From NCBI GenBank assembly GCA_964597545.1, contig CAZQXN010000001.1, forward strand, positions 5,655-69,654: DNA of 64,000 nucleotides, in the 5' to 3' direction. A program made the position numbers and the translations under genes. The DNA comes from an uncultured Planctomycetia bacterium. GTDB lineage: Bacteria > Omnitrophota > Gorgyraeia > 1-14-0-20-64-10. How positions within the stretch are numbered: position 1 is the stretch's first letter; each line of letters starts with the position of its first letter. The notes under the pieces are model-generated. The model did no database searches. It was given only the letters and a program-made list of their open reading frames with translations, and was not told the DNA's origin. Positions 20,767-29,762 of the stretch are shown piece after piece.

Positions 20767-21873
20767 TCAATCTTTAGAGAGCGCTTGCGCCAAGCGCTTG
20801 ACGGCAGCTGCATACAGCTTGGCATTCTCAACCACCGTGTAGTGAGCAGCGGCCAACGAGACATCGCCGACAGCCGCATAGCAATCCCCCATATAGAAAT
20901 GCGCCCACTCGGTGTTCGGCTTTTCGTCCAGTACCTGCGTTAAGACGTCACGGGTCTCTTTGAATCGCCCCTCCCGAATGAGGATTTGAGCCAAGAAAAG
21001 GGCGGCGCGCTCCCGGTAGGATCCGGCATTGCGGTGCTTGAAGATCTTCCAGTAGATCTGCTCTGCTCGGAGGAACCGTCCATGCAAATGCAGACTCCTT
21101 CCTTCTACCCAGAGCCGCTCAACTGGATTGGAGATTCTCGGAAGCACGCCGGCCAGGTATCGATCCTGAACCCAATGGCTGAACAGAGGCCCGAAGCGCT
21201 TCACATACCCCCGAGCCATCCAGTCCAAGATGTGCTTCTCCTCAAGAAAAATGTCAGAGCGCTGCGGCGGATTGGGCAGCGGATAAACCCGCTCGGCGGT
21301 CCCAAGGATTGATTGATAGGCATCCTCATTGCCGCTGGCAAGCTTGACGTCGGCAAGACTGGCAATGAACTGCGGCGTCACCTCCTCTAAGGTGCGCCAC
21401 GGCTCCCCGGCTGAGGAAAAGATCAAGTTGAAATACGGATCGCACGCCCGCCATGCCCCATCCAGGTAGACTTCCACAACGGTATGGGGAGAACTGCCGC
21501 TCTTGTCCACCAGATAGCTGTACCGCGCTGCAATGTCTCGAACCGCCGCAAGCTCACAGAGAACCTGCGCGTAGTAGTCGCACCAGCCGATTCCGGTGAC
21601 CAAGTAATCCCAGGGCTTGCCGTCGTAGGGGTGGGAATTGGGAAAGAGCCAGAGATTCTCCTGGATGTAATCCATGGCGGCCGTAAGATACGCTTCATCT
21701 GAAACCTCCTGGGGCAGGTTGTTCTGCGCAATGACCTCAAAGGAGACCTCATGGTAGGTGTGACGCTTGAGGGAATCCGACAAGAACAAGGAGAGAATCG
21801 GGGTCAGCAGAAGGACCAAAAGAAGGGAGATTACAACCTTGGAAAAAACAGTTACAATCTTCTTGAGTTTCAT
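20767..21873 (-). CDS. membrane-anchored transglutaminase-like protein with C-terminal TPR-like repeats
   Basis: N-terminal TM helix. The GWCDYYAQV Cys motif is typical of the transglutaminase-like core. Confidence 0.5.
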   Translation of the reverse strand: MKLKKIVTVFSKVVISLLLVLLLTPILSLFLSDSLKRHTYHEVSFEVIAQNNLPQEVSDEAYLTAAMDYIQENLWLFPNSHPYDGKPWDYLVTGIGWCDYYAQVLCELAAVRDIAARYSYLVDKSGSSPHTVVEVYLDGAWRACDPYFNLIFSSAGEPWRTLEEVTPQFIASLADVKLASGNEDAYQSILGTAERVYPLPNPPQRSDIFLEEKHILDWMARGYVKRFGPLFSHWVQDRYLAGVLPRISNPVERLWVEGRSLHLHGRFLRAEQIYWKIFKHRNAGSYRERAALFLAQILIREGRFKETRDVLTQVLDEKPNTEWAHFYMGDCYAAVGDVSLAAAHYTVVENAKLYAAAVKRLAQALSKD

Positions 21874-21902
21874 GATGAATATTATCGTAACATACGACGC
21901 CG

Positions 21903-22694
21903 ATGCCTGAAGCGCTCCTTTTGGGTTTAATCCAGGGGATCGCCGAATGGCTTCCGGTCAGCTCCGAAGGGATTATCGTCCTGGTTCATACCAACCTCTT
22001 CGGGGGCCGGGCCGGGCTGACCCACCTATTGGAATACGCCCTCTTTCTCCATGCCGGAACTTTCCTGGCAGCCTTCATCTATTTGAGGCGTGACGTCTGG
22101 CGAATTTTAAAATCGGCCTTCTCTTCGTCGGATGTTGAGGCCAGGCAGCTGCTGAAGTTCTTGAGCGCCACCACCCTGATGAGTGGCGGCATTGGTTTTG
22201 CCTTCTTAAGGGCAATCTCTGGGCTGGAGGGGGAGCTTATCCTTCCAGGAAGGGCCATTACCGTTACGGTAGGTGTTCTGCTCCTCATCACCGGCTTCCT
22301 GCAGCGAACCGCCCCGCAGAGCGGAACCCGTGAGGCCGTGGGATTGATCTGGAAAGATGCTTTACTCTTAGGGATCGCTCAGGGGCTGGCTGTTTTGCCG
22401 GGGCTGTCCCGATCGGGGCTGACCATCTCGGCCCTCTTGCTCAGGGGCATGGCGAAAAAGGAGGCGCTGCGCGTGAGCTTCCTGATGAGCCTTCCGATTG
22501 TATTGATCGGCAACTTAGCACTCAATGCGGAGTTTTGTTCCATCACGCTGGCCAGCTGGGCAGGGTTGGGGGTCGCGTGCGTGGCGGGGCTGGCAACAAT
22601 CCGGCTGCTCTTCTATTGGGCGAGAAGAGTGGACTTCAGTGCCTTTGTCTTTGGCTTTGGTCTCTTAACCCTTCTGGTCGCCGCTTTCCAATAA
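21903..22694 (+). CDS. uppP: undecaprenyl-diphosphate phosphatase
   Basis: BacA/UppP family, 263 aa, with GIAEWLPVSSEG and the PGLSRSG motif. Confidence 0.85.
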   Translation: MPEALLLGLIQGIAEWLPVSSEGIIVLVHTNLFGGRAGLTHLLEYALFLHAGTFLAAFIYLRRDVWRILKSAFSSSDVEARQLLKFLSATTLMSGGIGFAFLRAISGLEGELILPGRAITVTVGVLLLITGFLQRTAPQSGTREAVGLIWKDALLLGIAQGLAVLPGLSRSGLTISALLLRGMAKKEALRVSFLMSLPIVLIGNLALNAEFCSITLASWAGLGVACVAGLATIRLLFYWARRVDFSAFVFGFGLLTLLVAAFQ

Positions 22695-22699
22695 TCCCT

Positions 22700-22942
22700 T
22701 CACTCAACGTCGAAAGAGATCACCTGAACGCTTGAGCCGGGAAAACGCTTGATCTCAAGCTCAGCCTTCTCCAAGAGGGTTCCGGCGGCTTGAAGCGCAA
22801 AGGCCTCGCGCAGTGCAGTATCATCAGTGCCCAGCCAATCCCCCACCTTCAAACGAACCTTGGTTACGGCTCGCGCCCCTTCTTTCCGGGCATGCTCTGC
22901 GATGCCCTTGAGCACAGGCTCAATCAGGTGCGACTCATGCAC
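22700..22942 (-). CDS. HypA-like hydrogenase nickel-incorporation protein, short form lacking the Zn-ribbon
   Basis: Begins with the MHE nickel-binding motif and matches the HypA N-domain. Ends after 80 aa with no CxxC pairs. Confidence 0.5.
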   Translation of the reverse strand: MHESHLIEPVLKGIAEHARKEGARAVTKVRLKVGDWLGTDDTALREAFALQAAGTLLEKAELEIKRFPGSSVQVISFDVE

Positions 22943-23405
22943 CGAGAAGCTCCTCTAGGGTCTGAGCCACAGATTCCATCGCTTGTTTAACCGGCTCAGA
23001 GAGCTCCTCACCAAAATCAAGCTGCTGTGGCTGGATCCCTAAGAGATACACTTGGGCCTTGATGTGCTCTTCCAGGTAATCGATGAAGAGGTGCGGCGAG
23101 AGGGTGTGGGTGGAAAAACCGGTATTGATGAGCTCTTGCTTTCTCAAGAGCGAGATTTCGCCCGGGGCGAGATCCAGGCAGACGGCATCCACTAAGAGGA
23201 TGGTGTCGGGCTGCTCCCGAATCAAGGTGCCGCTGTAACGCTCTGGGGCAGTGCCCACATCCAGACAGAGGGCTTTGAGGCGATCACGGACGCGTTCAAT
23301 CAGCAGGGGCCCTACGCCGTCATCGCCGCGCAAGAGATGTCCCATGCCGACGATGGCGACCTTCCCCTTAAGGGCTTTGGAAAGGTCTGCCTTGATTTGG
23401 GTCAC
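22935..23405 (-). CDS. hydrogenase maturation endopeptidase (HycI/HybD family)
   Basis: The VGMGHLLRGDDGVG motif and its size (156 aa). Confidence 0.8.
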   Translation of the reverse strand: MTQIKADLSKALKGKVAIVGMGHLLRGDDGVGPLLIERVRDRLKALCLDVGTAPERYSGTLIREQPDTILLVDAVCLDLAPGEISLLRKQELINTGFSTHTLSPHLFIDYLEEHIKAQVYLLGIQPQQLDFGEELSEPVKQAMESVAQTLEELLGA

Positions 23406-23409
23406 GTCT

Positions 23410-24051
23410 TTAAGTCTGGGGGGCGAGGCTCGGCGGGTTGTCTGATGTGGTTAGGGTGGTACCGCGGCGGCAGCGAGCACAGAGAACCTTGAACCGGTCG
23501 GAGCGCCACTTGTCGTAAGTGCTGGGTTCCAAGTTCTCATCCACCAGCCCCAGGGCGCGCAGACGCGTCAGATACAGCGTGGGGCTGGAGTAGGACAGCT
23601 CACCGAGTTTCTCGGCAACGTGCTTGATGTGGTCTTCACATGCAACCGTCTCACCGCAAAGCTCGCATAACGTCAGTTTCTTCTCAATGGTTTCATGCGA
23701 CTGAGTGCGGTCAAAGAAGGACAGTTCCCAGTCGTTGGAGAGCTTGATCCCTTCGTGGTCGGCAATGCAGGCGGCTTCACACTCCCCGCAGAAAATGCAG
23801 GTGTCGGTATAGTGATAGAGGACCCGCTTAGGACTGTCGCCCTCGGTGACATCCTGATGCCCGATCGCCTCTGCCGGGCAGACCTGCTCGCAGGCGAGGC
23901 AGCCGACACACTTGTCTTGATTGAACTTGGGCTGGCCCCGGAAATTCGGATGGGGAACATGGGGTTCCTTGGGAAAGCGCGAGGTATAGGGGCCCTTAAT
24001 CAGCGCCTTGATCGCCTCGACGAGCTCCCGGATCTTCGGCAAGGGAATCAT
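23410..24051 (-). CDS. 2x[4Fe-4S] ferredoxin-like subunit of the membrane-bound hydrogenase (NuoI/MbhN-like)
   Basis: Two CxxCxxCxxxCP motifs. Start at MIPLPKIREL, overlapping the upstream stop. Confidence 0.7.
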   Translation of the reverse strand: MIPLPKIRELVEAIKALIKGPYTSRFPKEPHVPHPNFRGQPKFNQDKCVGCLACEQVCPAEAIGHQDVTEGDSPKRVLYHYTDTCIFCGECEAACIADHEGIKLSNDWELSFFDRTQSHETIEKKLTLCELCGETVACEDHIKHVAEKLGELSYSSPTLYLTRLRALGLVDENLEPSTYDKWRSDRFKVLCARCRRGTTLTTSDNPPSLAPQT

Positions 24052-24404
24052 GATTTGTCTCGTTTGGGTTCGTAGGTGTCCACGATGCTTCCCTTCCAAA
24101 GGGCAATTCCTGCGCGGTGCGCGCCCCGAGCAATGGCGTGCGCTCCGGCCGGAACCGTCAAGGCCACAAAGAAGATACACAGCAGTGCCTTTATCCCCGT
24201 GGCGCTAAAGCCAGTCATCAGGAAGACCCCAAAGAGGATGCTGCAGGTGCCTAAGGTCACACACTTGGTGGATGCCTGAAGACGGTTGTAGACATCGGGC
24301 AGACGCACCAACCCTAAGCATCCCAGGAGATTAAAGACAAGCCCCACGGCGATGAAGCCTACGCCCACCACATCCCCAAGAAAAAGGTTCGCAAGGTTAC
24401 TCAT
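24048..24404 (-). CDS. Na+/H+ antiporter subunit G (MrpG/MnhG-like)
   Basis: MSNLANLFLGDVVGVGFIAVGLVFNLLG is characteristic of MnhG. Confidence 0.7.
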   Translation of the reverse strand: MSNLANLFLGDVVGVGFIAVGLVFNLLGCLGLVRLPDVYNRLQASTKCVTLGTCSILFGVFLMTGFSATGIKALLCIFFVALTVPAGAHAIARGAHRAGIALWKGSIVDTYEPKRDKS

Positions 24405-24765
24405 CAAATCCCTTGCCTTCCAAGTATTTGGCCAACGCCAAGGTTCCCACAAAGCTCTGAAGCGCCCAGGCCATTCCGATATCAAGGTACCAAGCCCGAT
24501 CGGTGACCACCGCCAGCACTGCGCACAGACCCACGATCAAGATTCCCAAGATGTCGATGGCAATAATCCGGTCGGCCGGTGTGGGACCTTTGATCACGCG
24601 GTAGAGACACAGCAGCCCCGCCAAAAGCAGGATGTAGAACGCCCGGCTCAACAGGCCCGTCAGGGGCAGCAGGGGCGAAAGAACCGGCAGGGGCCTGAGC
24701 ACAATCAAGGTAATCGCCCCCACCAAAACCACCAACCCTACCCACCACCGCAGCATGCTGTTCAT
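24397..24765 (-). CDS. Na+/H+ antiporter subunit F (MrpF-like)
   Basis: Three-TM protein with the MrpF/PhaF pattern (RVIKGPTPADRIIAIDILG). Confidence 0.7.
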   Translation of the reverse strand: MNSMLRWWVGLVVLVGAITLIVLRPLPVLSPLLPLTGLLSRAFYILLLAGLLCLYRVIKGPTPADRIIAIDILGILIVGLCAVLAVVTDRAWYLDIGMAWALQSFVGTLALAKYLEGKGFDE

Positions 24766-24769
24766 CGGT

Positions 24770-25264
24770 TTAATGGAATATCCTCTTTAAGATCTTCTCA
24801 AACCGCTCCACCACGCACTGGGTTACTGTTTGGGCATCCTTGCCCTTGACGTCAATCCAGTGAATGTAGAGGAGTCCCTTGTTTTTATCGACATCAACAC
24901 TTAAGGTCCCTGGGGTCAAGGTGATGGAGTTGGCCAAAAATGTAAGCCCTAACTCCGAGGTTAACGTGGTGTTGGCCTTGACGATGCCTGGATGAATCGG
25001 CATCCGGGGTCGAACCACCCGTTGCGCCACATCCAGATTGGCCATCACAACCTCTTTCAAGAGGACCGGGAGGTACCAGAAGAGGAAAAGGACACAGCGT
25101 CGAATCAGATTCTTCCAGGGGGGCTGCGCAAAGAGGCCCCAGGTGAGCCACGTCACGACGCCGGCTACGACCAACCCCACGAGCAGGTGCTGGTTATCCG
25201 GCACCCAGTTGAAACCGCACCAGGTGAGGAAGGCTACAAGGAAAATCAGAACAGGTCCCATCAT
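24770..25264 (-). CDS. Na+/H+ antiporter subunit E (MrpE-like)
   Basis: Start at MMGPVLIF with an ATGA overlap to MrpD. MnhE-like. Confidence 0.6.
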   Translation of the reverse strand: MMGPVLIFLVAFLTWCGFNWVPDNQHLLVGLVVAGVVTWLTWGLFAQPPWKNLIRRCVLFLFWYLPVLLKEVVMANLDVAQRVVRPRMPIHPGIVKANTTLTSELGLTFLANSITLTPGTLSVDVDKNKGLLYIHWIDVKGKDAQTVTQCVVERFEKILKRIFH

Positions 25265-26760
25265 GATGATCCACCCAATACCATTTGGGCATACCCAACA
25301 CCGGACAGCAGCGCCTCTGCTGCCGGCTTCAAAAAGGCCTCTTGGATACAGGGCAGCCAAATGAGCCCCCCTGCGATACAGACCACCGCCAGTATCACTA
25401 AGCTCAAGCACATGGCAAAGGGGACCTCCTTAATCTTTGCCAGGCGCCGAGGAAAATCCCCCTGGAAGGCAAACTTCATCACCTTCATAAAGGAGGCAAG
25501 GGTCAAAACGCTTCCCAGCACCGCCCAAGCGGCATAGCCGAATCGGTTCGCTTGAATGGCCGCCAGGATGATGATCAGTTTGCTCCAGAAACCGTTAAAG
25601 GGCGGAATCCCGGCAATGGACATGGAGGCCACCAAGGTGGTGCCGCTGGTCACCGGCATCTTTTGAGCCAGCCCCCCCATCTTCTTAAGTTCCCGGGTTC
25701 CGGTGGCATATTCCACCGCACCGGAGTTCAGGAAGAGAAGGGCCTTGAAGACCGAGTGATTCAACAGGTGAAAGAGCCCTCCGGCAATCCCAAGCGGGGT
25801 CCCCAGCCCAATCCCTAAGATGACATATCCAATCTGGCTGATGGAATGATAGGCCAAAAGCCGCTTGAAATCCCACTGGCCGATGGCGAGCAGCACCCCG
25901 ACCATCATCGAGAGGGTGCCGAGAACCAAGAGAATGGAGGAGTGCATGGCGGTGAAACCGATCACGTTGAACAAGAGGCGGCAGAGGGCATAGATCCCAA
26001 GGGACTTGATGAGCACCCCGGAGAGCATCGCTGAGATCGGCGCCGGGGCCGAGGGGTGGGCATCGGGAAGCCATGCGTGAAACGGAACGACCGCGGCCTT
26101 CAAACCAAAACCCATGATAAAGAGGACCGTCACCAGGCGCACGAGGTTGCTCGAATCATGACCGGCCAAGACCCGGGCGATGTCTGCCATGTTAAGGGTC
26201 GAGGTCATGCTGTAGAGCAGCACCACCCCCAAGAGCACAAACAAAGAGCCCACGGTGCTCATTACCGCATACTTGAAAGCCGCCTCCAACTCGTGGCGCT
26301 CTGTGCCAAAAGCCACCAGGGCGTAGCTGGCCACCGAGGCCAGTTCCAAAAAGACATACAGGTTAAAGAGGTCGCCGGTTATCACGACTCCATTCATGCC
26401 GGCCAGCATCAACAAGAAGAGGGAGTAGAACTTCCACTTGGAGGAATAGGTCTCCATGTAGGCGATGGCATAGATGGCAATGGCAAAGGAGACAACGTTG
26501 ACCGTCACCAGCATAAAGGCGGTAAGCCCATCGAGCACCAGGGCAATCCCGATGGGGGCAGGCCAACCGCCCACCCCATAGGCGATGGTTCCGCTGGCAT
26601 TTGAAAGCCCCACCGCTGCCAAGGAGAGGAGGGCCAGGCTGCCGGTGGCGACAAAGCCCATGGCATCCGGAAGCCAGCGCAGCCGGTGCCCAATCAAGGC
26701 AATGACAAAAGCCCCGGCCAGCGGTATGGCAACGACCAGCGGAATCAGATCCAGTTCCAT
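25261..26760 (-). CDS. MrpD/NuoN-like proton-translocating antiporter subunit
   Basis: 499 aa proton-antiporter-like membrane subunit (NADH_Q_OR_M family motifs). Confidence 0.85.
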   Translation of the reverse strand: MELDLIPLVVAIPLAGAFVIALIGHRLRWLPDAMGFVATGSLALLSLAAVGLSNASGTIAYGVGGWPAPIGIALVLDGLTAFMLVTVNVVSFAIAIYAIAYMETYSSKWKFYSLFLLMLAGMNGVVITGDLFNLYVFLELASVASYALVAFGTERHELEAAFKYAVMSTVGSLFVLLGVVLLYSMTSTLNMADIARVLAGHDSSNLVRLVTVLFIMGFGLKAAVVPFHAWLPDAHPSAPAPISAMLSGVLIKSLGIYALCRLLFNVIGFTAMHSSILLVLGTLSMMVGVLLAIGQWDFKRLLAYHSISQIGYVILGIGLGTPLGIAGGLFHLLNHSVFKALLFLNSGAVEYATGTRELKKMGGLAQKMPVTSGTTLVASMSIAGIPPFNGFWSKLIIILAAIQANRFGYAAWAVLGSVLTLASFMKVMKFAFQGDFPRRLAKIKEVPFAMCLSLVILAVVCIAGGLIWLPCIQEAFLKPAAEALLSGVGYAQMVLGGSS

Positions 26761-26762
26761 GC

Positions 26763-27101
26763 TTATCCCTTCAGATCCCGAATTCGGTTAATGTCACAGG
26801 TGCCGTATTTCTGGTAGATCCGCATGGCAACGGCCACCAAAAGCGCTGTGGTCGCCAGCCCAATGACGATGGCGGTCAGCACCAGTGCCTGGGGCAAGGG
26901 ATCTACCATGGGGAATGTGTCGACCTTAAGTGCCTGAATCGGGGCATGCCCGGCATGCCGGTAGGCCACCAAGATAAAGAAGAGATTGACTGCGTGCTCG
27001 GCGATGATGATTCCGAGGATGATCTTAATGAGATTGCGCTGGCGCAGAACCCCAAAGATCCCGACACAAAAGAGCACCAGACACAACAGATAGATCATCA
27101 T
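26763..27101 (-). CDS. MrpC/NuoK-like subunit
   Basis: 112 aa three-TM protein similar to NuoK/MnhC. Confidence 0.8.
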   Translation of the reverse strand: MMIYLLCLVLFCVGIFGVLRQRNLIKIILGIIIAEHAVNLFFILVAYRHAGHAPIQALKVDTFPMVDPLPQALVLTAIVIGLATTALLVAVAMRIYQKYGTCDINRIRDLKG

Positions 27102-27104
27102 GCG

Positions 27105-27548
27105 CTATTCATCCTCTACATGAAGCAGGACCAGTGCTACCACAACCGCAAAAAGCCCTGCCCCAACTTTTAAGCTGATGGCGATATTGCCCAAGGGAAT
27201 CATCCCGCCGCTTAACAGATGAAACGGCTCCCCCTTGGCAAACCAGTTAAAGAAGAAGACGCCCCCCACAGAACCTAAGAGGGCGAGCCCCAAAAACATG
27301 AGTGCCCCCAGTCCCTCTACAGTCTCCATCGTTGCCCTCGGCAGGCGGTGGAGTGTCCATTCCCGGCCAAAAGCCAAAAGCAGCAGGACAAAACCGAGTG
27401 CAATGATGACCCCGCCGGCAAAGCCTCCGCCCGGGGAGAGGTGCCCGTGCAGGATGATGTGTAGCCCATACACAAAGATAAGCCCCACCGTCCAGCGTGC
27501 GATGGTCTTGACGATCAAAGACATGCCGGCATCACGTTTGGGCGCCAT
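27105..27548 (-). CDS. MrpB-like subunit
   Basis: The C-terminal 147 codons of the tracked ORF (MAPKRDAGMSLIVKTIARW...) carry the MnhB domain. The upstream part of that ORF is out-of-context read-through. Confidence 0.65.
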   Translation of the reverse strand: MAPKRDAGMSLIVKTIARWTVGLIFVYGLHIILHGHLSPGGGFAGGVIIALGFVLLLLAFGREWTLHRLPRATMETVEGLGALMFLGLALLGSVGGVFFFNWFAKGEPFHLLSGGMIPLGNIAISLKVGAGLFAVVVALVLLHVEDE

Positions 27549-28099
27549 CAGGACTGGCCCTCCTCTTCTTCCACCTTGTGCGACTGGCGCCGGCCGATCC
27601 TGCGAACCACTGCCAGCACGCCAATCACTGCCGTAAAGAGGACGGTGGCTTCGCCTAAGGTATCCAAAGCTCGGTAGTCCAAAATGACTGCGGCCACTGC
27701 GTTGGCGGCTCCGGTATCCGCCAAACCATATTGCGTGTATCGGCTGGCCACCCGCATCAACGGCTCCCCAAAGGGGGCCAACTCCTGGAAGCATCGAACC
27801 GACACCCACACCAACAGGGCAATGAAGCCCAGCGACACCCACGCCTGAGGCTTCCATCGGCTGCGCCCCGTCATGCGCAGATCCCGCCTGATGGTCGCGC
27901 GGATCAAGATCACCAGGGCCAAGAGCTCCACCACAAGCTGCGTGATCGCTACATCGGGGGCCTGCAGGATCAGGAAGGTGATACACAACAAGAGCCCCAC
28001 TGCTCCCACCGCCACGACGGATGAGATTAAACTCCTCATCTCAAGGGCCGCGATGGAGCCAATGATCATCAATACCAAAAGAATGGTGAGCTCTGTCAT
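27548..28099 (-). CDS. MrpA C-terminal-domain-like (MnhB/DUF4040) membrane subunit
   Basis: 183 aa membrane protein resembling the MrpA C-terminal extension/MbhE-like. Confidence 0.55.
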   Translation of the reverse strand: MTELTILLVLMIIGSIAALEMRSLISSVVAVGAVGLLLCITFLILQAPDVAITQLVVELLALVILIRATIRRDLRMTGRSRWKPQAWVSLGFIALLVWVSVRCFQELAPFGEPLMRVASRYTQYGLADTGAANAVAAVILDYRALDTLGEATVLFTAVIGVLAVVRRIGRRQSHKVEEEEGQS

Positions 28100-28103
28100 G
28101 GTC

Positions 28104-29762
28104 TTATCCGCAACACAACAAAATGATTAATAGGATGCCCGCACCCAGCAGACACCATGCCAAATAGGTCTGCAGCCGGCCGCTGTGCCGCACCCCAAGA
28201 AGATCATGCAGGGTAAAGGTGATCCGGCGCCCATCCTCGTAAGGGTCAAACCATTTTCGCTCGGCCAGCGCATAGCAGCGTTTCAAGAATGGCAGCTCCC
28301 GAATCGTATTGTAAAATTCGGTACCGGAAAGGCGCATCTGAGGGTGCTTCTTCAAGGGTTCTCCGCCCACAAAGGCGCCGGTTACGCGCGCAGTACGGAT
28401 GGTCCCCAAAAGATAGACCAGGCCGCCGATTCCTAAACCTGCCAAGATAAGCAGCGTGGCCAAACCGGGTTGCCACAAACCGATAAAATTCGTCTCCCCG
28501 CCCACTGCCGGAAAGATCCACTTCGTCAGCGGTACCTGGTAAGCCCACACACCCAAGATGACGCACAGGGCCGCTAAGATCACCTGAGGCACCCAGAGGA
28601 GGGGGGCTACTTCTTTGGGGGCTGGGCGCCTGCCCTGCAGCTCTCGAGACGGCTGCCCGAGGAAAACAGCGTGGAGCAGTTTCATGAAGCTGGCAAGGGT
28701 CAAGGCGCTGCCGAACATCGCTGCCACCAACCAGAGGATCCATGTCCATCCCCCTTGCCGCCCCACCGAAATGATGCCCTGATAGATCATCCACTTGGAG
28801 GCAAAACCATTGAAGGGGGGCACCCCGGAGATCGCCAGCGCTGCCAACAAGAAAGCAACAAAGGTCACCGGCATCCACCGGGCCAATCCGCCCAGGCCGT
28901 TCAGCTCGCTGGTTCCGGCCTGCTGCTCGACAGCACCCCCGGACAAAAAGAGGGCCGACTTGTAGAGGGCGTTGTTGAGCATGTGGAAGAGCCCCCCGGC
29001 AACCCCGATCAGGGTGCCGGTGCCGATCCCTAAGACCATGTAGCCCACCTGACTGACAGCGTGATACCCCAAGAGGCGCTTTAAGTCATGCTGAACCAAG
29101 GCCATCATGACCGCTGCCACAATGGTCACCGCTCCCAGAGCCATGAGCAGGGTATTCATGGCCGGTGTCATCACAAAGATATCCAGCGAGATGCGCGCCA
29201 ACAGATAAATCCCCAAGAGTTTATCCAGTGAGGCCGGCAAAAAGGCAGTTACAGGGACCGGAGCATCTTCTGCAGTGTCCGGAACCCATGTGTGGAACGG
29301 CATCGCTCCTGCCTTGGCCAGGGCCCCTGCTGCCAAGCAGAGGTAGGCTGCTACAGCCGTTTTGCTGGTTAAGGGAATGGTCAGCGTATCCATCCAGAAG
29401 GTGCCGGTCATCTTCCAGATGAGCCCCACCCCAAGCAACATCAAGGCGTCGCTGGTTCCGATGATAATAAAGGTCTTCTTGGCAGTCGCCGGAGTGCGCT
29501 CTTGGGTGCCGTAGCCGATTAACAGATACAACAACATCCCCAGGAATCCCCAGAAGATCACCAGCAGAATCAGGTGGTTGGTCCAAACCGCAGCCAGGGA
29601 GGCCACCAGGGTCAGAACCACAGAGAGGTAGAAGCCTGCCTTTTGGCGCCCGCGCAGGAACCCTATCGCATAGATGAGGGTCAGCACCGTGAAGAAGAGG
29701 ACGAATCCGGCCACAAAACCAGCCAGAGGATCTATCGTCAGATACGGCGCGATCAGCTTCAT
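28104..29762 (-). CDS. MrpA/NuoL-like (MbhH-like) antiporter subunit
   Basis: 552 aa with proton-antiporter core motifs (WVPDTAEDAPVPVTAFL, GYHAVSQVGYM). Confidence 0.85.
   Translation of the reverse strand: MKLIAPYLTIDPLAGFVAGFVLFFTVLTLIYAIGFLRGRQKAGFYLSVVLTLVASLAAVWTNHLILLVIFWGFLGMLLYLLIGYGTQERTPATAKKTFIIIGTSDALMLLGVGLIWKMTGTFWMDTLTIPLTSKTAVAAYLCLAAGALAKAGAMPFHTWVPDTAEDAPVPVTAFLPASLDKLLGIYLLARISLDIFVMTPAMNTLLMALGAVTIVAAVMMALVQHDLKRLLGYHAVSQVGYMVLGIGTGTLIGVAGGLFHMLNNALYKSALFLSGGAVEQQAGTSELNGLGGLARWMPVTFVAFLLAALAISGVPPFNGFASKWMIYQGIISVGRQGGWTWILWLVAAMFGSALTLASFMKLLHAVFLGQPSRELQGRRPAPKEVAPLLWVPQVILAALCVILGVWAYQVPLTKWIFPAVGGETNFIGLWQPGLATLLILAGLGIGGLVYLLGTIRTARVTGAFVGGEPLKKHPQMRLSGTEFYNTIRELPFLKRCYALAERKWFDPYEDGRRITFTLHDLLGVRHSGRLQTYLAWCLLGAGILLIILLCCG

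Noticed and set aside
22700-22942. HypA-like ORF as a frameshifted pseudogene
   Set aside because: The stop abuts the convergent uppP gene with no downstream frame encoding CxxC motifs. Retained as a short HypA-like CDS at moderate confidence.
27105-27986. 293-aa ORF spanning 27105-27986
   Set aside because: Only the C-terminal 147 codons encode an MrpB-like protein. The N-terminal part overlaps the upstream Mrp gene in another frame, and its Pro/Gly/Arg-rich translation is typical of out-of-frame GC-rich DNA.
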